From the NCBI RefSeq assembly GCF_009914755.1, contig NC_060932.1: a DNA stretch of 64,000 bases; one strand, written 5' to 3'. This DNA is from the human T2T-CHM13v2.0 reference genome, Homo sapiens. Shown here piece by piece: positions 1 to 12,863 of this stretch (positions within the stretch are counted from its first letter, which is position 1; each line of letters starts with the position of its first letter). The translations under genes and the position numbers were made by a program. A model generated the notes under the pieces. The model made no database searches. It had not been told where the DNA came from and was given only the letters and a program-made list of their open reading frames with translations.

Positions 1-58
1 TAACAAAATACAGGGAAAGCTGACTTGCAGAAAATATGTGCTTACAGAAAAAACTTAC

Positions 59-100
59 CTGTGATTTCTATCCCTTCATTTTCTAGAGGTTCATATACTG
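59..100 (-). CDS. ASPH: ASPH/junctate acidic-domain exon (canonical exon 11), (A)VYEPLENEGIEIT(E), 42 nt
   Basis: Poly-T tract and TAG acceptor at 101-103; donor GTAAGT at 58-53; translation matches recalled ASPH protein. Confidence 0.95.
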
Positions 101-959
101 CTAAAAAAAAAAAAAACAGAAACAAAATCCCGTAACTTTCATTGTAACACAAAAACTGACAACATGCTTTAAGGGCAGAGACAATGCCTTATGCATCTTT
201 GAACCTGCAAGGTTCAGTCACTGGGAAACAGCCGACTAGAGAGTAGGGTGGAGAAGAGTTTGGTCTAGGGTAAAACAGGCCTGGATTCTAATTCCAGGGC
301 AGCCACTTTTTACTACCTTTTTAAAATTTTACTACCTTTTTAAAATTTTCTTCATGTCTGTGGTGGAGGTTTTGAATTAGCCGAAGCTGTACCCTGGGAA
401 TCAACTGGATCCTGGTGTTCATGGGCAGATTCCCTGCTTTGTTTAGGAAACAATTCTCAGACCTCTAACCTGGGGCCAAACACCTCTGCCGCCAGCCCCT
501 GAGAATGAAGCGTTCCCCACCCTAATTAGGGCGTGCTGCCCTTGCCTCCCTCATTTGCTGGCATGAGGCTCAGTGCTTCTTCTCTGCTCTGCTGCAAGGA
601 AGTCTCATCTCCACACAGGCCTCTCCAGGGCCCAGTGGCTCAAAGCTTCCTCAGTCAACCTGATCTTCCAAAATACCTCCAATTTTCTGGCACACTACAA
701 GAAAACATCCTTCTTTTTCCCAGCATGGTTGTAAGTTTATTCTTTCTTATTCATTTAATAAAGAAAAATTATTGAGCACCTACTATCTTTCAGACACTCT
801 CAGTATTGGGGTACAGCAGGGAACAATGTTTAATAGGTCGTTTTGTCCTTTTGGGGCATTTGAAAGATGAAGGAGCAGTGAATGTGTGCTCACTCTGTTG
901 CCCTGAGCAGTGTCAGCATTTAAACATGCTCAAGCTTCTAAGAACTTAAAAATGCAATA

Positions 960-2515
960 CCACTCTTTCTTAAGCTTGCTTCTCGTCACCCTCTCTTTCT
1001 TCCATTGAACAATCTAATTTCTTCAGTCATTTACATCTCATGGCTCATCTCTTCCTCTCCCCTCAACTCACTCCCGCCTGTCTTCAGACCCTGACCCCAT
1101 CCCTGAAAAGGCTCCTGCTGAGACCCCCTCCAGTGCCTCATTTGATATGATGGACACTCGCCAGCCCTCGCTATATTTTTAGCAACACCATTCTTCTCCA
1201 AACACTGTTGCCCCTGGACTTCAGGGTGACCATACTCTCCCCTTTGGTTTTTCGTTTCTCCCACTCAATCTTCTTTTTCACTTCATCTTTTTCTTAGCCG
1301 TCCTTAAATGCTGGCTTTCTTCAAAGTCCAGCCATAGAACCACCTCATGTCTCCCTCAATCTGCTCTCCTTAAGGGATCTCAGAGCTTGGTCCTGATGAC
1401 CACGTAACTACTCTGATGGTTCCCACACTCACAATCACGAAGTAGACTTCTCTTCTGAGAGTCAAACACCACCAAATGGCTCATTTGATCTCTCCTCTCA
1501 GATGCCTCAAAGAAATCTCACTATCATCATGTAAAGAACTGGACTCATGAGCCCCTGCCCCGTGCTTGACTCCAGTCTCTCCCACGTTAGGAAAAGAGCA
1601 CCCCCTGTCACCAGGCTGCAGAAGCAGAAGAGTGTATGTGGCTCTTGGCACCTTGTTGTCTCCCCCCAGCTACACCCATGCATGAAGACCTGCCAATTTT
1701 ACCTTCTAAGCATTTCTCAACTTTGCCCACTTCCCTCCTCCATCATTGCCACCACCCTTGGTTTAAACTATCATATCTGTCCTATCCGTCCACTGAAACA
1801 GTTCCAGCTAAAGTCACCCGTTGAGGCCACTGCAGCGCCAGATCAGGGCAGGTTTTCAGCACTCATCTCACATGGTTCTCAGTAGCGCAGGGCACCACTG
1901 AACATCCCTTTCTTGAAACTCATCTCCTTTGGTTCCTTCAGACAGAGAGAGATGTGATGCACGGAAAGACCCAATTTGGATGATTACAGCTAACTTAACT
2001 GTTCTCCCTGTATTGACTCTTGTCTCTCCAGTCTGTTTGTTGCATGCCAGACCGATCAATCTTTTCAAAATGCAGATCTGACTTGGCAGTGCTCAAAGGT
2101 GAAGATGAACGTCCTTGATCTTGCTCACAGGCATCCTCTGAACCCAGCCCATTTCACCACCTCAGCCTTACTCTTGCAAGTTCACGTCAGAGACCTCATA
2201 CGACTCTCCAGTCACCTTTCTCCTTGCCTTGTCAATTGTTCTCACCTTCAGCTCAAACTTCAGGAAGGCCCTGCCTCATCCACAAACTAGGTAAGGTCTC
2301 TTGATTACATATTCTTGTTACCACTGTACTTGTTCTTCCTAGCACTTATCACAACTGGAAATGAAAACTACAGTGAAATTGCTTGTTTAATTTCTACTAC
2401 CCTACTAAAATATAAGATCCATGAGAACAGGAACCATGGGTGTTCTTCACTAGAACTGCTCCAGTGTCCTGTGTTTCAGACCGAAGACACTAAACAGTGT
2501 ATGAATAAATAAGTC
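960..2515 (+). mobile_element. Degenerate LINE-2 (L2) 3' region
   Basis: C/T-rich L2-like sequence ending in typical ...TAAGATCCATGAGAACAGGAACC...ATGAATAAAT; boundaries approximate. Confidence 0.65.
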
Positions 2516-4263
2516 AATTACATGGTAAGGCCATACTGTCACTTCCCAGGTTTGTCCAATGTAGGCATGATGATTTCTAGGTTATCTTTGATGTAGAAGC
2601 TGGTTCCTACTATAGTTCTATCGAAGTGTATGTTCTGGGGTTTGCAAGTTTCATACAGAATATATTCTATTCTCCCATTGAAATGTGGTTTTGTTTTCAC
2701 CCTACTTACAGCTTCACTTACATGTCAGTTACTTGGTTTCTCTGCTCTGATTCCTGAATTTTCACAAAGGTATTGTTTTAGCATATAGTGAATAATACAC
2801 TGTTCAATTAGATCTATTTGTTTGAAACAGTTTATGTTCTATATAACAAAGAAATCCAAAGTAGCTTACCAAATCATGTCAATCTCTTAGGTTATATTTA
2901 CTGCCTTTTGCTAACATTTTAAATTACATTTATTATGATACTCTGCCCTATGAAAACATATAACATTCTTTTCGCATGGTATCTAATTTTATACTTCTTA
3001 TGAGTTTGAATTTAAATTCCTCTAGATTTAGTCCTCAAATTGCATTCCAAACATGTTCTTTATATTTTTAAAAACATTATAATGATCAGTAGAAATGAGG
3101 AAAATATCTCAAATCCCATCATTACATGCAACTTGTATTTATAAATTCCTATTTTCTCCTTCAAATTCAAGATTGGAAAGAAAATCTAAGTGCAATCTCA
3201 AGACCAAATTATTCCCCAACCTTCCCTCGGCCCCAAATCTTCCTGTGAACACATCAGGTCCAAATTCTTTAACTTTTCATAAAAATTATCAGTACCTTAA
3301 AGACACAACCTAGGATTTTTCCCATGGTGTCATTCATATCCCATTAGAAATAGCCACTATAGATGATGAACTTGGTAGGGTCTCAAATCTTAAATCATCA
3401 TATAAATATGATTCATATTTATAAACACTCCTAATTTTCTTCAATTGTGATTCACTATCTATCATGACACTGTAAACTCCTTGAAAGGAGGGACCCTATG
3501 TTACTCATATTTGAATTCCAGGCCCTAAAACCATCTAGAACATAGAAAGTCCTCCATATCCACCAACTCAATTACGATGTATTTCTTCATTGTTCTTGCT
3601 TTACACATAAAGTTATACCCAACTGACTTCTCTCTTTCTACATAATCATCTTTGAGGATAATGGAATAAAAAGGATATATTATTGGTTCTATTACTTCTT
3701 AGCCATACATTCTTGGGCAGCTTATTTATAATGTCAGAACCTTATTTCTGTCCTCTGGGAAGCAGGGAAAATAAAATCTACTTCATGGAGTTCAACACAA
3801 TAGTCTATGCAATGCTTGGACACAAGAGGAGGGAGGTACAGGCCTAAACTGAATCAGATGCTGCTGATGCCACAAATTTGCCAGAACTGTTTTCTCCATA
3901 CTGCCTTTAAGCCTGGAACACAGTGCTTCTTAACCTTCCCCAAGGTGACAAATCAGTCATCTTTGAGAGTGGGATTAACCTGTAGAAGCAGCTAGAGCAA
4001 TTTAACTCCGGCTAAAGTAGTTGTTCATGCATATTTTAGTCAAAAGAGACACAACTATAAAGTACTGAGATTGGTTTTCTTGAATGACTGTAACTGCCTC
4101 CTAAGGCAACTTGTAAAGAGTTTAAGAAATTATTTAGGCAATGGCAGAAGCCGTGGAATGGGTAAACAGTCTCCCCAAGTGAATTCTTTGAACGCTACCG
4201 TTCATCTGGATGTTTTAAGTTGCAAAGTTTATAGTTTAAAGCATAATGTTCCACATCTTGTAG

Positions 4264-4658
<395 letters not shown>

Positions 4659-5123
4659 CTGAAAAAAAAAAGAGAATAAAAGCAAAATAAGTATTAACTG
4701 AGTCATTCTATACAATTGTTCAGTTAAAACAAAATACTACTTAATCGTAAACACAGAACTCTACTCCTTCAAATATTAATGTCTGCTCAGTCAATAATAA
4801 ATGCCTCTGCCCAAAAGCAATTAAAAGGCAGGTAAATTATTTTCATTAAAATTTCTCAAATTGGCACAGAGGAATTTGATACACAAAAACAGCATTAAAA
4901 TTTGACATCCTGTTTTGTTATGGAATGGTTAGTTGATGAGGTGAAATATGAAAGCCTGATATTCTTATAACAGTCTAACTTTGTTATAAAACAAAATCTC
5001 ATGCATTAGATGTCGAAATTACTTCTTTGATGCCTTTAAAAGAAAAATCACCATGTAAACACAGCATGTGATTGAAAAATCTAAGGTAATATTTTAAATC
5101 TAATGAAAATGCTCATCTAATAC

Positions 5124-5171
5124 CTGTATCATGGTGCAATCTTTCATCTTCTACTACTGGTTCACTGGAAT
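5124..5171 (-). CDS. ASPH: ASPH exon 9, (D)SSEPVVEDERLHHDT(D), 48 nt
   Basis: TTTTTTAG acceptor, GTATTA donor, matches ASPH protein. Confidence 0.95.
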
Positions 5172-5682
5172 CTAAAAAACAAAAACACACCTTTGCCAAA
5201 CAGGAAAAAACCAAACACATTGCCAGACAGCATTCTAGGAGATTCATAAATTAATTATCTTCACAACTTTGCCAGATAGATGTTTTCATTATCATTTAAT
5301 AAAATTTAAGCTGAATAACGTTCCACAATTTGATGCCTAAGTCAAAAAGATAGGAAAGAGTAGAAATGGGATTTGTACCCAGAATGACTTTATAGTACAT
5401 CATACTGCCCCTTCAATTTTCAAATATTCTTTCCAGCACCTTACCTACAAAGACCAAAGTCTCAACAGTGGTTTGAAAAATACGTCTCCTTTTTCTCTCA
5501 TCCCTCTATGTAGTATTAAACTATATTCAGACATTTCTATAAACATCTGACCAATCAAAAGTGATTATAAATACCATACAGGGATCTCTGTGTTGAATCA
5601 CAATTGTTAACCCTGGAATAAAACGGCCTTGGCCACTGCCTCAATCAGAAAACACATATCAATAATTTTAACATTTACAAAC

Positions 5683-5739
5683 CTGGATTTTCCTGCTCAG
5701 ACATCATCTCTTCCATATCCTGATTACAGTCTTGTGAAA
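5683..5739 (-). CDS. ASPH: ASPH exon 8, (V)SQDCNQDMEEMMSEQENP(D), 57 nt
   Basis: TTTATAG acceptor, GTTTGT donor, matches ASPH protein. Confidence 0.95.
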
Positions 5740-6337
5740 CTATAAATTATGGAATAATTAGGAAATTATGTCTCAAATAAGGAATACATGTAATATTCGA
5801 AACCAGAAAGACACAATTTCTAGTTATGATTGAAATGCAAAATCAAGTCATAATGATATTCAAACATGTTCACTCCTGAAACAAATAGGTATTAAGTGTG
5901 TTAAATGCCAAATGCAAAGATGAGTAAGGGGGGCCTGTCATCAACTGGTTTACACTCAAACCGCAAAACAGTAAAGTGCTGACAGATGATGCGCCCACCT
6001 CCTGTGGCCATGCCCTTTAAGGGCGCTGGCATGTGACAAAACATGATTTAGACCTTTCGTTGACTCTGTAATTGAAAGGTACAAAACATGCAATTCAATT
6101 GTATCTTTTGAACTAGTAATCCTACTGAAAATTTATCCTCAGGAACTAGGCATCAAAACACAAAAAAGTATATTCACAAAGAAATACCATAAATATAAGA
6201 CGTAATAAAATTATTAATTGCATATCTTGCATATATTAATTTAAATATATCATTAATAATAGATATTATGTATTTTATGATGCCCTTTTAAAGGAAGACT
6301 CACTCTAATTAAGAACAGAATTAAATTAAAATCTCAC

Positions 6338-6370
6338 CTGTCTCTTCCACGTGGTAACTATGCTCGGTTT
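6338..6370 (-). CDS. ASPH: ASPH exon 7, (E)TEHSYHVEET(V), 33 nt
   Basis: Poly-T CCAG acceptor, GTGAGA donor, matches ASPH protein. Confidence 0.95.
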
Positions 6371-7639
6371 CTGGAAAAAAAAAAATTAGATTGATATTTA
6401 CTGCTTTTACAAAATGGTATGTATATATCCCGTATATGTACTCTGAATCTATGCTTATCATTAATTTTATTTAAAAAATTAAAAAATGGGACTATCAATT
6501 AAAAGTCTGCTTAACACTTTTATATTTCACTAGAAGTACACTGTGGGATGTCTCACACATTCTCCTTCTCAGTCCACTCATCCCCACAAGGCTGACAACC
6601 ACCACCCCCTGGACTAAAGAGAGAGGACAACTTAGAGTGACACAGGCCAGACCAGGAAAGCCGTTCATTTCTAATCCACTTCACAACCCACTAGAATGTG
6701 CTATTTCCTCGACCTGTCCTACCATTTTCTAGAGCGAAAGTACAGCAACTATGGATGGGAACAGAGAAAAACAGCTGAAGAGGCTTTATACCCTTAGGGA
6801 GCTGAAGGGTAAATGTGTTGAACACTTAACCCATACACCCCAGATAGCAGAAGAGCTATCTGTCCGTCACCACACTTATGACCTTGCTAATTTTATTTAA
6901 TGCATATATAAAGAATAAATATTTTTATTTTCTGAAGACTTTTAACAACCAACTTTTAAGTTCAAACTGCATCTATGTCCTAATTAAAGATGAGATCAGA
7001 AAGTAAGGTTTCTGCAATTTGTGAACTTCTTAGAAGTGTTTCTTCCTACTCCCAATCTGTGACTCCTAACTTTAAGAATATCAAATTCCTCATGCTTCTG
7101 TTTATTTCAGCATCTTAACTGAAATTTGTTGTATAAGCAGCATGTAGATAGAAAAATTCTGAGCAACTGTCAATCTTACTGAGCCATTTAGGCCAAAGAC
7201 TGGAGAGAAGAAGCAACAGGAAATGTGGAAATCATTTTATCAGTATCCCTACTCAGAAACTGGAAACCTTGTCCCAAAGAAATCATGACATAAATGATTA
7301 CTAAAGGCATAAAGTTCTGAAGGTAGTCTATAAGTGCTTATTTTCAATGTGTAATGCAGCAAAAATAAAACATATAGATGTTCAAAAGGATTGTGTGCTT
7401 GTATTTTTCACAGAAAATTATGCATTATATACAATTCTTTTGAAAACCAAACCATCCCATATTTTTATGGGAAAGTGCATTTCCTGTTCTAATCAATAGG
7501 CATGGATATAAGTTTTTGGAAATACATGTACTCATAAAGTAGGAGCTACCTGCTGCTAAAGTAATTTTCCAAAATATTTAGTATTGTGCAAAGTAGATAA
7601 ACTACTTTTCATTTTTATGCTTTTAAAAAGTGTTTGCTA

Positions 7640-7900
7640 ACTGGACACACAATGGCTCATGCCTGCAATCCCAACACTTTGGAAAGCTGAGGCAGGAGAA
7701 TTGCTTGAGGCCAGGAGTTTGAGACCAGCTTGGGCAACATAAGGAGACCTTGCCACTATAAAAAATTTAAAAATTGGCAGGGCATGGTAGCATATGCCTG
7801 TGGTTCCAGCTACTTGAGAGGCTGAGGTGAGAGGACTGCTTGAGCATGGGAGGTCAAGGCTGGAGTGAGCTGTGTTCAAGCCGCTGCACTTACCAGCCAT
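7640..7900 (+). mobile_element. AluJ-type element, 3'-truncated
   Basis: Diverged Alu dimer (TTGCTTGAGGCCAGGAGTTTGAGACCAGC; GAGGTCAAGGCTGGAGTGAGC), no A tail. Confidence 0.85.
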
Positions 7901-7904
7901 GTTG

Positions 7905-8084
7905 GGTAGGATTTTACAAATAAGTTGTATAAAAACACAGCTACACTGACCCACTTAGGAACTATCAAAGGCTGCTTTTACGCTGTGATGGCAGAGTTGA
8001 GTAGCTGAACAGAGTCTGTACGATCCAGAAAACCTGAAATATTTACTCTCTGGCTATTTACAAAAAAAAGTTTGCCAATGCCTG
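7905..8084. mobile_element. MER58-like hAT-Charlie fragment
   Basis: GGCAGAGTTGAGTAG...AAACCTGAAATATTTACTCTCTGGC...TTTACAAAAAAAAGTTTGCCAATGCCTG end resembles MER58. Confidence 0.7.
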
Positions 8085-8487
8085 GTACAGAAGCTAAGAA
8101 TTGTGTTTTGCTCACTGTAATTACAGAGTTCATGTGTGAACATGAGCCTGTGATAGATTATCAAGTCCAATATTTCATCAGTTGTTTGAATTTTATTTAA
8201 CAAATAGCACCCTAAGCAGAAGAATATAGTAAAACTAGTTTCCTCAAGTATTTGACTCACTATTTATAAGAAATTTGTATATTCTGAGTTTCCCTGAAAA
8301 GTGCTTTGAACTAAAATCAAGGTATCTATTTTAAGAAAAAATTTGCTTTAATTGAAGCTTTAAGCTTCAACTTTTAAAAATCTAAGCAAAAGTTAAATAT
8401 CAGTTTTAAAGGGGTTTAAGAAAAACTTCAGTAATTAGAAGTCATTGATTATATTTTATCCTAAAACTTGAAAAAAAAGTGTTCTAC

Positions 8488-8616
8488 CTTCATGAGATAC
8501 TTCAGGTTCCAGGGTCTCAAATCTATCATCTACATCAGTCGCCATAAGAAACTCATCATCCTCTTGTTGTGGTTCTCCTGTGGGTCCATCTTCTTGTTGC
8601 AAGTCTTCTCCCTCAA
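8488..8616 (-). CDS. ASPH: ASPH exon 6, (V)EGEDLQQEDGPTGEPQQEDDEFLMATDVDDRFETLEPEVSHE(E), 129 nt
   Basis: Inside track ORF 8456..8755; CATTGTCATAG acceptor, GTAGAA donor. Confidence 0.96.
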
Positions 8617-9126
8617 CTATGACAATGAACAAAGTGACACTGGCAACATACAACTGAGACATGAAAGCCCCTTGTGAAGGGCTGCCACACACCTGCTCCT
8701 GCTGCTGGGGCTTCCCCTGCCCCTCCTTTCGGCCGCTGAAGACACCATTGTCCACTCCACAGCTATTTTCTTCCTCTGGCCAAGTGCTAATCTGCCTAAG
8801 TATATGTGGTGGGGGACAGGTTTCCTCTCATTAGGATGTTACACATCAGGACAGGAAGCTTATATATTTTATCCATTATATATTCCCAGTCACCTAGGGC
8901 CATGTCTAGCTAAAGGAAGCACTCAATAAATATTTGATGAATGAATAAATGAATTCATAATTATTACTAATATATTTGCCTCTTCAATTATCCTCAGGTC
9001 AAAGAAAAGGCTACTCTATGGCCTTTTCCTGGGAATTGACATAGAATTCCAGGTAACAACTTTAAATGACTATTCAAATATTCTATAGCAAAGAGTGACT
9101 AGCCACCTATCTAAATTATATGCTAG

Positions 9127-9455
<329 letters not shown>

Positions 9456-9739
9456 TAAATTATATGCTAGGTCACAGGTTTACCTGAATCATACTATGCA
9501 TTCAAATGTTCCTATTAGGCTTCAAGTTATGCAAAGATGCCCACTTTCTCTTCTGTGATTAACTTCTATGATATATTGAACTGCTCTGCTTCTTTTGTGT
9601 AGAGGTTGGACATGTTACATGATTCCACTGCAACATGGTTAAGACTGGGTATTGCATCCCAATGTAACTTGACCTGGCTTCCAGCAGAGTATCTCCTGTG
9701 TATAATACTCTAAAGAAAGTGAATGGGCAGGACTTGGCT

Positions 9740-9965
9740 TTGCAGTGCAGCTCAGGGATTGGGACGAGTATGGGGTCCGGATGCATGGCTGTAGATTCAG
9801 GCTCTTCCATACCAGCTGGGTGACTGTGGGCAAATTACTTAACTACCCTGTGCCACAGATTTCCCTCCCATAAAATGGGAATAATATCTATTTGTAACAT
9901 TGTTATGAAGATTAAAACACTTAGAAAAATGCCTGGCCCTAAGTATTTAGGTGTCATTATCATCA
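9740..9965 (+). mobile_element. MIR
   Basis: Core GCTGGGTGACTGTGGGCAAATTACTTAAC...TGTGCCACAGATTTCC...TAAAATGGGAATAATA. Confidence 0.75.
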
Positions 9966-10619
9966 TTATTACAGTAATAACAACATTGTCATTTGTACTG
10001 CTACTGAATCCCCCTACCCCACAACCCCAGCCCAGACTGCAAGAAGCCTTCCTTAGTTACTCTCCCTTTAGCGTGGCAAGGCAATGCTCTCAGGTGTTAG
10101 AGAATCAGGCAGGCCTATTTATGTTGATGCTATTTGTTTTCTATCTTCTCCTCATAGCTTGCAATACTGTTTTTCCTCATTTTAGATTTTCTGCTATTCA
10201 GCAAATCACCAATTTGAATTTCTGCTACAAATTTTACTTCTCTTTTTATTTTTATCATATTCCTCTTTCCTTATTCTTCTTTCATTCTATCCAGTGAAAT
10301 CTGATGATTTTTACACTAGCAGGATTTAGCTTTCGTATGCGGTTGTTCAGTGGAAGTATTCCTGTTTTCTGTAGCGAAACCAGTCTAACATTGAACACTA
10401 TCTTTGAGTCTCATCATGAAAAATTTCCTAAGGGGTCATGAGACTCTAGGCATGGCCAAGCCCTCTGCAGCTGTTATATCCTCCCTGTGAAGCAGGTACT
10501 GGTATCCTACTTTGAAAGATGAAGAACTTGAAAAACTGTGCTAAAGCCACATGGCTAATCAATGGCAGATACAGGACCTGAATCCAGTTGTGAATGCACC
10601 ATGATGGGGGGCAGGGAGG

Positions 10620-11340
10620 TTATGCTCAGTCTGAAAGATGTGATTGGGCGGGGTGGGAAACACATCTCAGCAAAAGATATACCAGGTGCAGGGGTGCCAA
10701 AGCAGTGATAGGCTTGGCAATTACAAGGAAAAGAGAGGTCAGCTGGGCTAGAGAAAAGTCACTGAAGGGGAAAAAGAGGCTGGGATCAGACAAGGCACAA
10801 CTGGCTGGGCCACATTAAGCACAGGTTATAGAGGAGCAAGTATGGAAACAGGGAGACCCAGCTGGATGCTACTGTGCTACTGCAACAGTCATGGCAAGAA
10901 GCCACGGTCACACCGAGGCCCTAGAGAGCCAAAATCAGTGCTGGGGCAATGCTGACAGGATTTGCTGATGGATTAGATGTGAGGGGAGAAGAAAAATCAA
11001 AGAAAACTCTCGAGTTTTCAAGTTAAGCAAGTAAGAGGGTAGGAGGACCATTAACTAAAATATAAAAGACTAGCATAAGCAATCTGGGGAGAACTGGGGT
11101 GAGGAGGAGCTATGGGGTGTGGGAAGAATCATGAGTTCTTTAAGTCTGAAACACCCATAAGACATCCAAATGGAGATGCCAAGTATGCAGTTAGGTAAAC
11201 CTGGAGTTTAGATGAGCAATGAGGGCTGCAGCTATATATTTAAAAGTTATCAACATACAAAGAATATTTATAACCATGGGCCATAAATGTGATTTTCTAA
11301 ATGTGATTAAAGAAAAGAACAAGTCCAAGAAGGAGGCTGT
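10620..11340 (-). mobile_element. L2 fragment (opposite L2 fragment follows at about 11380-11860, + strand)
   Basis: Purine-rich L2 signature GACAGGATTTGCTGATGGATTAGATGTGAGGG...GACATCCAAATGGAGATG. Confidence 0.7.
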
Positions 11341-12788
11341 GGCCAGAACACGGTGCTAGACTTGACTACTTCCCTCTTTTGGCTGCCTGCCCACCCCCCA
11401 CCACCTAAACATCTTAGGGTTCTTTCTATTTCTCTCCATCCCCTCCTTTGGCTGAGGCAAGTTTGCTACCATCCTGAATCACTGTTACCTGCACAACCTC
11501 CATCTAATCTCCCAGCTGCACTCTTGCATCCCCCCATGCATTTTTCATGCTACAGACAGAAGGCACAACACTCCTAAATACCTTCCCCAATGGCTTCAGT
11601 TACTCTTAGAATCAAGTAAAAAATATCCTTTTTCTCATGACTCTCCACCTACATATTCCACGTGCCAGCCATTCTGAACTACTTTCAGGTCCTTTCCTGT
11701 CTCTGGGATATGCCTTCTGCTTAAAACACTCACCACCAGCACTGGCCTGGTGAAGGTCTACACCAGCCTCTTCTGACCCCCCTTCTGAGTAAGACCTGAA
11801 GAGCTTCCCGTATTTTATTACCATGACAGCACTTACCCCATTATATTTAAATCACTTATTTATTTAGATTGGATTTTCCTTCTGTTAAGTTAAAGTTGGG
11901 GTGCCGTGGGGAAGGAAGGCTTGAGGAAGGGGAAGCCTGCACTTGCTCATATAGGCCCATGAGTGGCTTTCCGAGCTGCAAAGAAGCTAGAAATAAAGGC
12001 ATACAGGCTCCTACACCCCTAGCATCCACTGGCAAAAAACAGTTTAAACTATAGGGCATTGTTTGTTTTTAAGAAACGTAATTTTATTTTCCTTTAGGCC
12101 ACCCTTGGATCACACCAAAGCATCAGGAGAATCAGGATTCCAGAACATCCTGCCCACTCCACAATCCCTTCATGAGATACGTTTTGGGATCACGATCTCT
12201 GTTTTTATCAAGGGATGCTTCAAGAAGCAGCCTTATAAAACCTTAAAACGTTAGTTCCTGGGTTATTACTTAGTATCCTCTACACAGAGCTCCCCATGAA
12301 AAATTTTTAAATTTAAGTACTGGGAAAATGTTTTGCATTCTCACGTTTTTTTTCCTGTCTGCTTAGTGCAACCTATGTAATTAAAAGTGTCATCATTTTT
12401 GTTGTGGTGACCAGCCAACCATGAAGCAAAATCGAGGTGGAGCACAACACCTGGATGAACCCGACCGTGGGCCTGTGTCCCACTTTCCTCCTCTCCATCC
12501 TCCCCTTCTGTTCCTGATGGATCACTGTTTTCAATCTGTTCATTCTCATTTATTCCCACCAGTTCTCTCTTAGATGTATGCAGTGAGTTCCTCCACGGTG
12601 AAGTAGAATAAAGTAAGTTTAGTGCTATTTCAAAAACAACACCTGCTATCTAACTTTGAATTCAAAAACTTTTTAAAAAACACAAACACCCAATTAACCT
12701 TTAAATTTTAAAACAAATGTCCAAGTCATTTTACATAACTAAGCGTTATTTTAGTAACTCAAAACAAAGAGCAGATTTTAATTCATAC

Positions 12789-12863
12789 CATGTTCTGCGT
12801 GTACCATTTCATGGAGAAGGGACTGAATTTGTTCTTTTGCTTCATCTTCGATATTCTGGGGTT
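12789..12863 (-). CDS. ASPH: ASPH exon 5, (E)PQNIEDEAKEQIQSLLHEMVHAEH(V), 75 nt
   Basis: ATTTTAG acceptor, GTATGA donor, matches ASPH protein. Confidence 0.95.

Noticed and set aside
8617-8765. Open frame extending upstream of exon 6
   Set aside because: The upstream AG at 8764-8763 is in the wrong phase, and the peptide is unlike ASPH
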